From: a virus
Lineage: Duplodnaviria > Caudoviricetes
Virus record (IMG/VR): IMGVR_UViG_3300022407_005896
Location: 1 to 34,461 of that record
Strand: one strand, 5' to 3'
Length of the DNA stretch: 34,461 nt
The position numbers and the translations under genes are program-made. Shown piece by piece: positions 33,992-34,461 of this stretch; the first letter of the stretch is position 1, and the number at the start of each line of letters is the position of its first letter. The notes beneath the pieces are model-generated. The model had not been told where the DNA came from and did no database searches. It was given only the letters and a program-made list of their open reading frames with translations.

Positions 33992-34461
33992 ATGCGCTGT
34001 CCGACCTCGATTTCGCCCGGCTCTACCGTCGCAAGCTGCGCCCGGTGCCACCGTTTGGCCCGGTGCAATCCCCCGCCTGGCTCGGCACCTGGTCAGCCAA
34101 TGGCCTGCGCTTCCGTGCCACTGGCACGCCGCCGAGCGACGAGGCCCTCGCCTACTGCCCGGACCTGCGCCCCGAATCCGAAGCGGGCGGCCCCTGCCTC
34201 CCGGCAGACTTCGACCTCCTTGCGGGCTTCATGCGCGAGCCACGCAAGGCCCTTGCCACCATCGCCGCCACCGGAACGCCCGTGGTGTCTGCCGCGACTC
34301 TTGAGGCTCGCCTCGCCGCCTGCCTGACTTGCGATGCCTTCACCCCTACCGGACGCCAAGGCCGGGGCCGATGCGAGCACGTCGCCTGCGCTTGCTCGGC
34401 TTTGGCTCTCTGGCACCCCGCCGAGAAATGCCACTTCGAAAGGTGGCCGGAGGCGGTTTTC
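33988..34461 (+). CDS. Cys-rich protein (DUF6171-like C-terminus), truncated by the window end; absent from the ORF track
   Basis: ATG 33988 overlaps the upstream stop; MNALSDLDF...RLAACLTC..GRCEHVACAC..AEKCHFERW. Confidence 0.7.
   Translation, partial: MNALSDLDFARLYRRKLRPVPPFGPVQSPAWLGTWSANGLRFRATGTPPSDEALAYCPDLRPESEAGGPCLPADFDLLAGFMREPRKALATIAATGTPVVSAATLEARLAACLTCDAFTPTGRQGRGRCEHVACACSALALWHPAEKCHFERWPEAVF

Larger units (their letters stand above)
1094..34461. mobile_element. Mu-like transposable prophage with non-contractile tail; right end outside window, left end uncertain
   Basis: Transposase, MuB-like ATPase, Gam and Mu gp25/26/27/28-like genes together with head and tail genes. Confidence 0.93.

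Noticed and set aside
33992-34327. 111-aa ORF in the track
   Set aside because: The alternative frame from ATG 33988 is coupled to the upstream stop and has a coherent Cys motif
1-34461. tRNA, rRNA, integron integrase, tail sheath
   Set aside because: No supporting sequence seen in the window

Overview
Nearly the whole window (about 1.1 kb to the right edge) is a Mu-like transposable prophage. The host is probably Verrucomicrobia/PVC (inference from pyrimidine-rich, SD-less leaders and the repeat types). A leftward early operon encodes a DDE transposase, a MuB-like ATPase, Gam, an ASCH protein, a minimal PolX and many small DNA-binding proteins. A central switch is made of two divergent, mutually similar ribbon-helix-helix genes. 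The rightward late region encodes a holin-like protein, a CHAP endolysin, Mu gp25-28-like packaging genes, an HK97-type portal fused to gpF, an HK97 protease and capsid, and a sheath-less tail. A phage-type adenine methyltransferase lies at the far left. The most notable structure is a three-site integron attC-like array (19727-20635) inside the head operon, with no integrase in the window. It holds two cassettes with complementary ends. The sites are reversed relative to late transcription and carry in-frame stop/start (ATGA) coupling signals, suggesting a shuffle-ready phage cassette system. All calls come from reading motifs by eye; no database searches were run.
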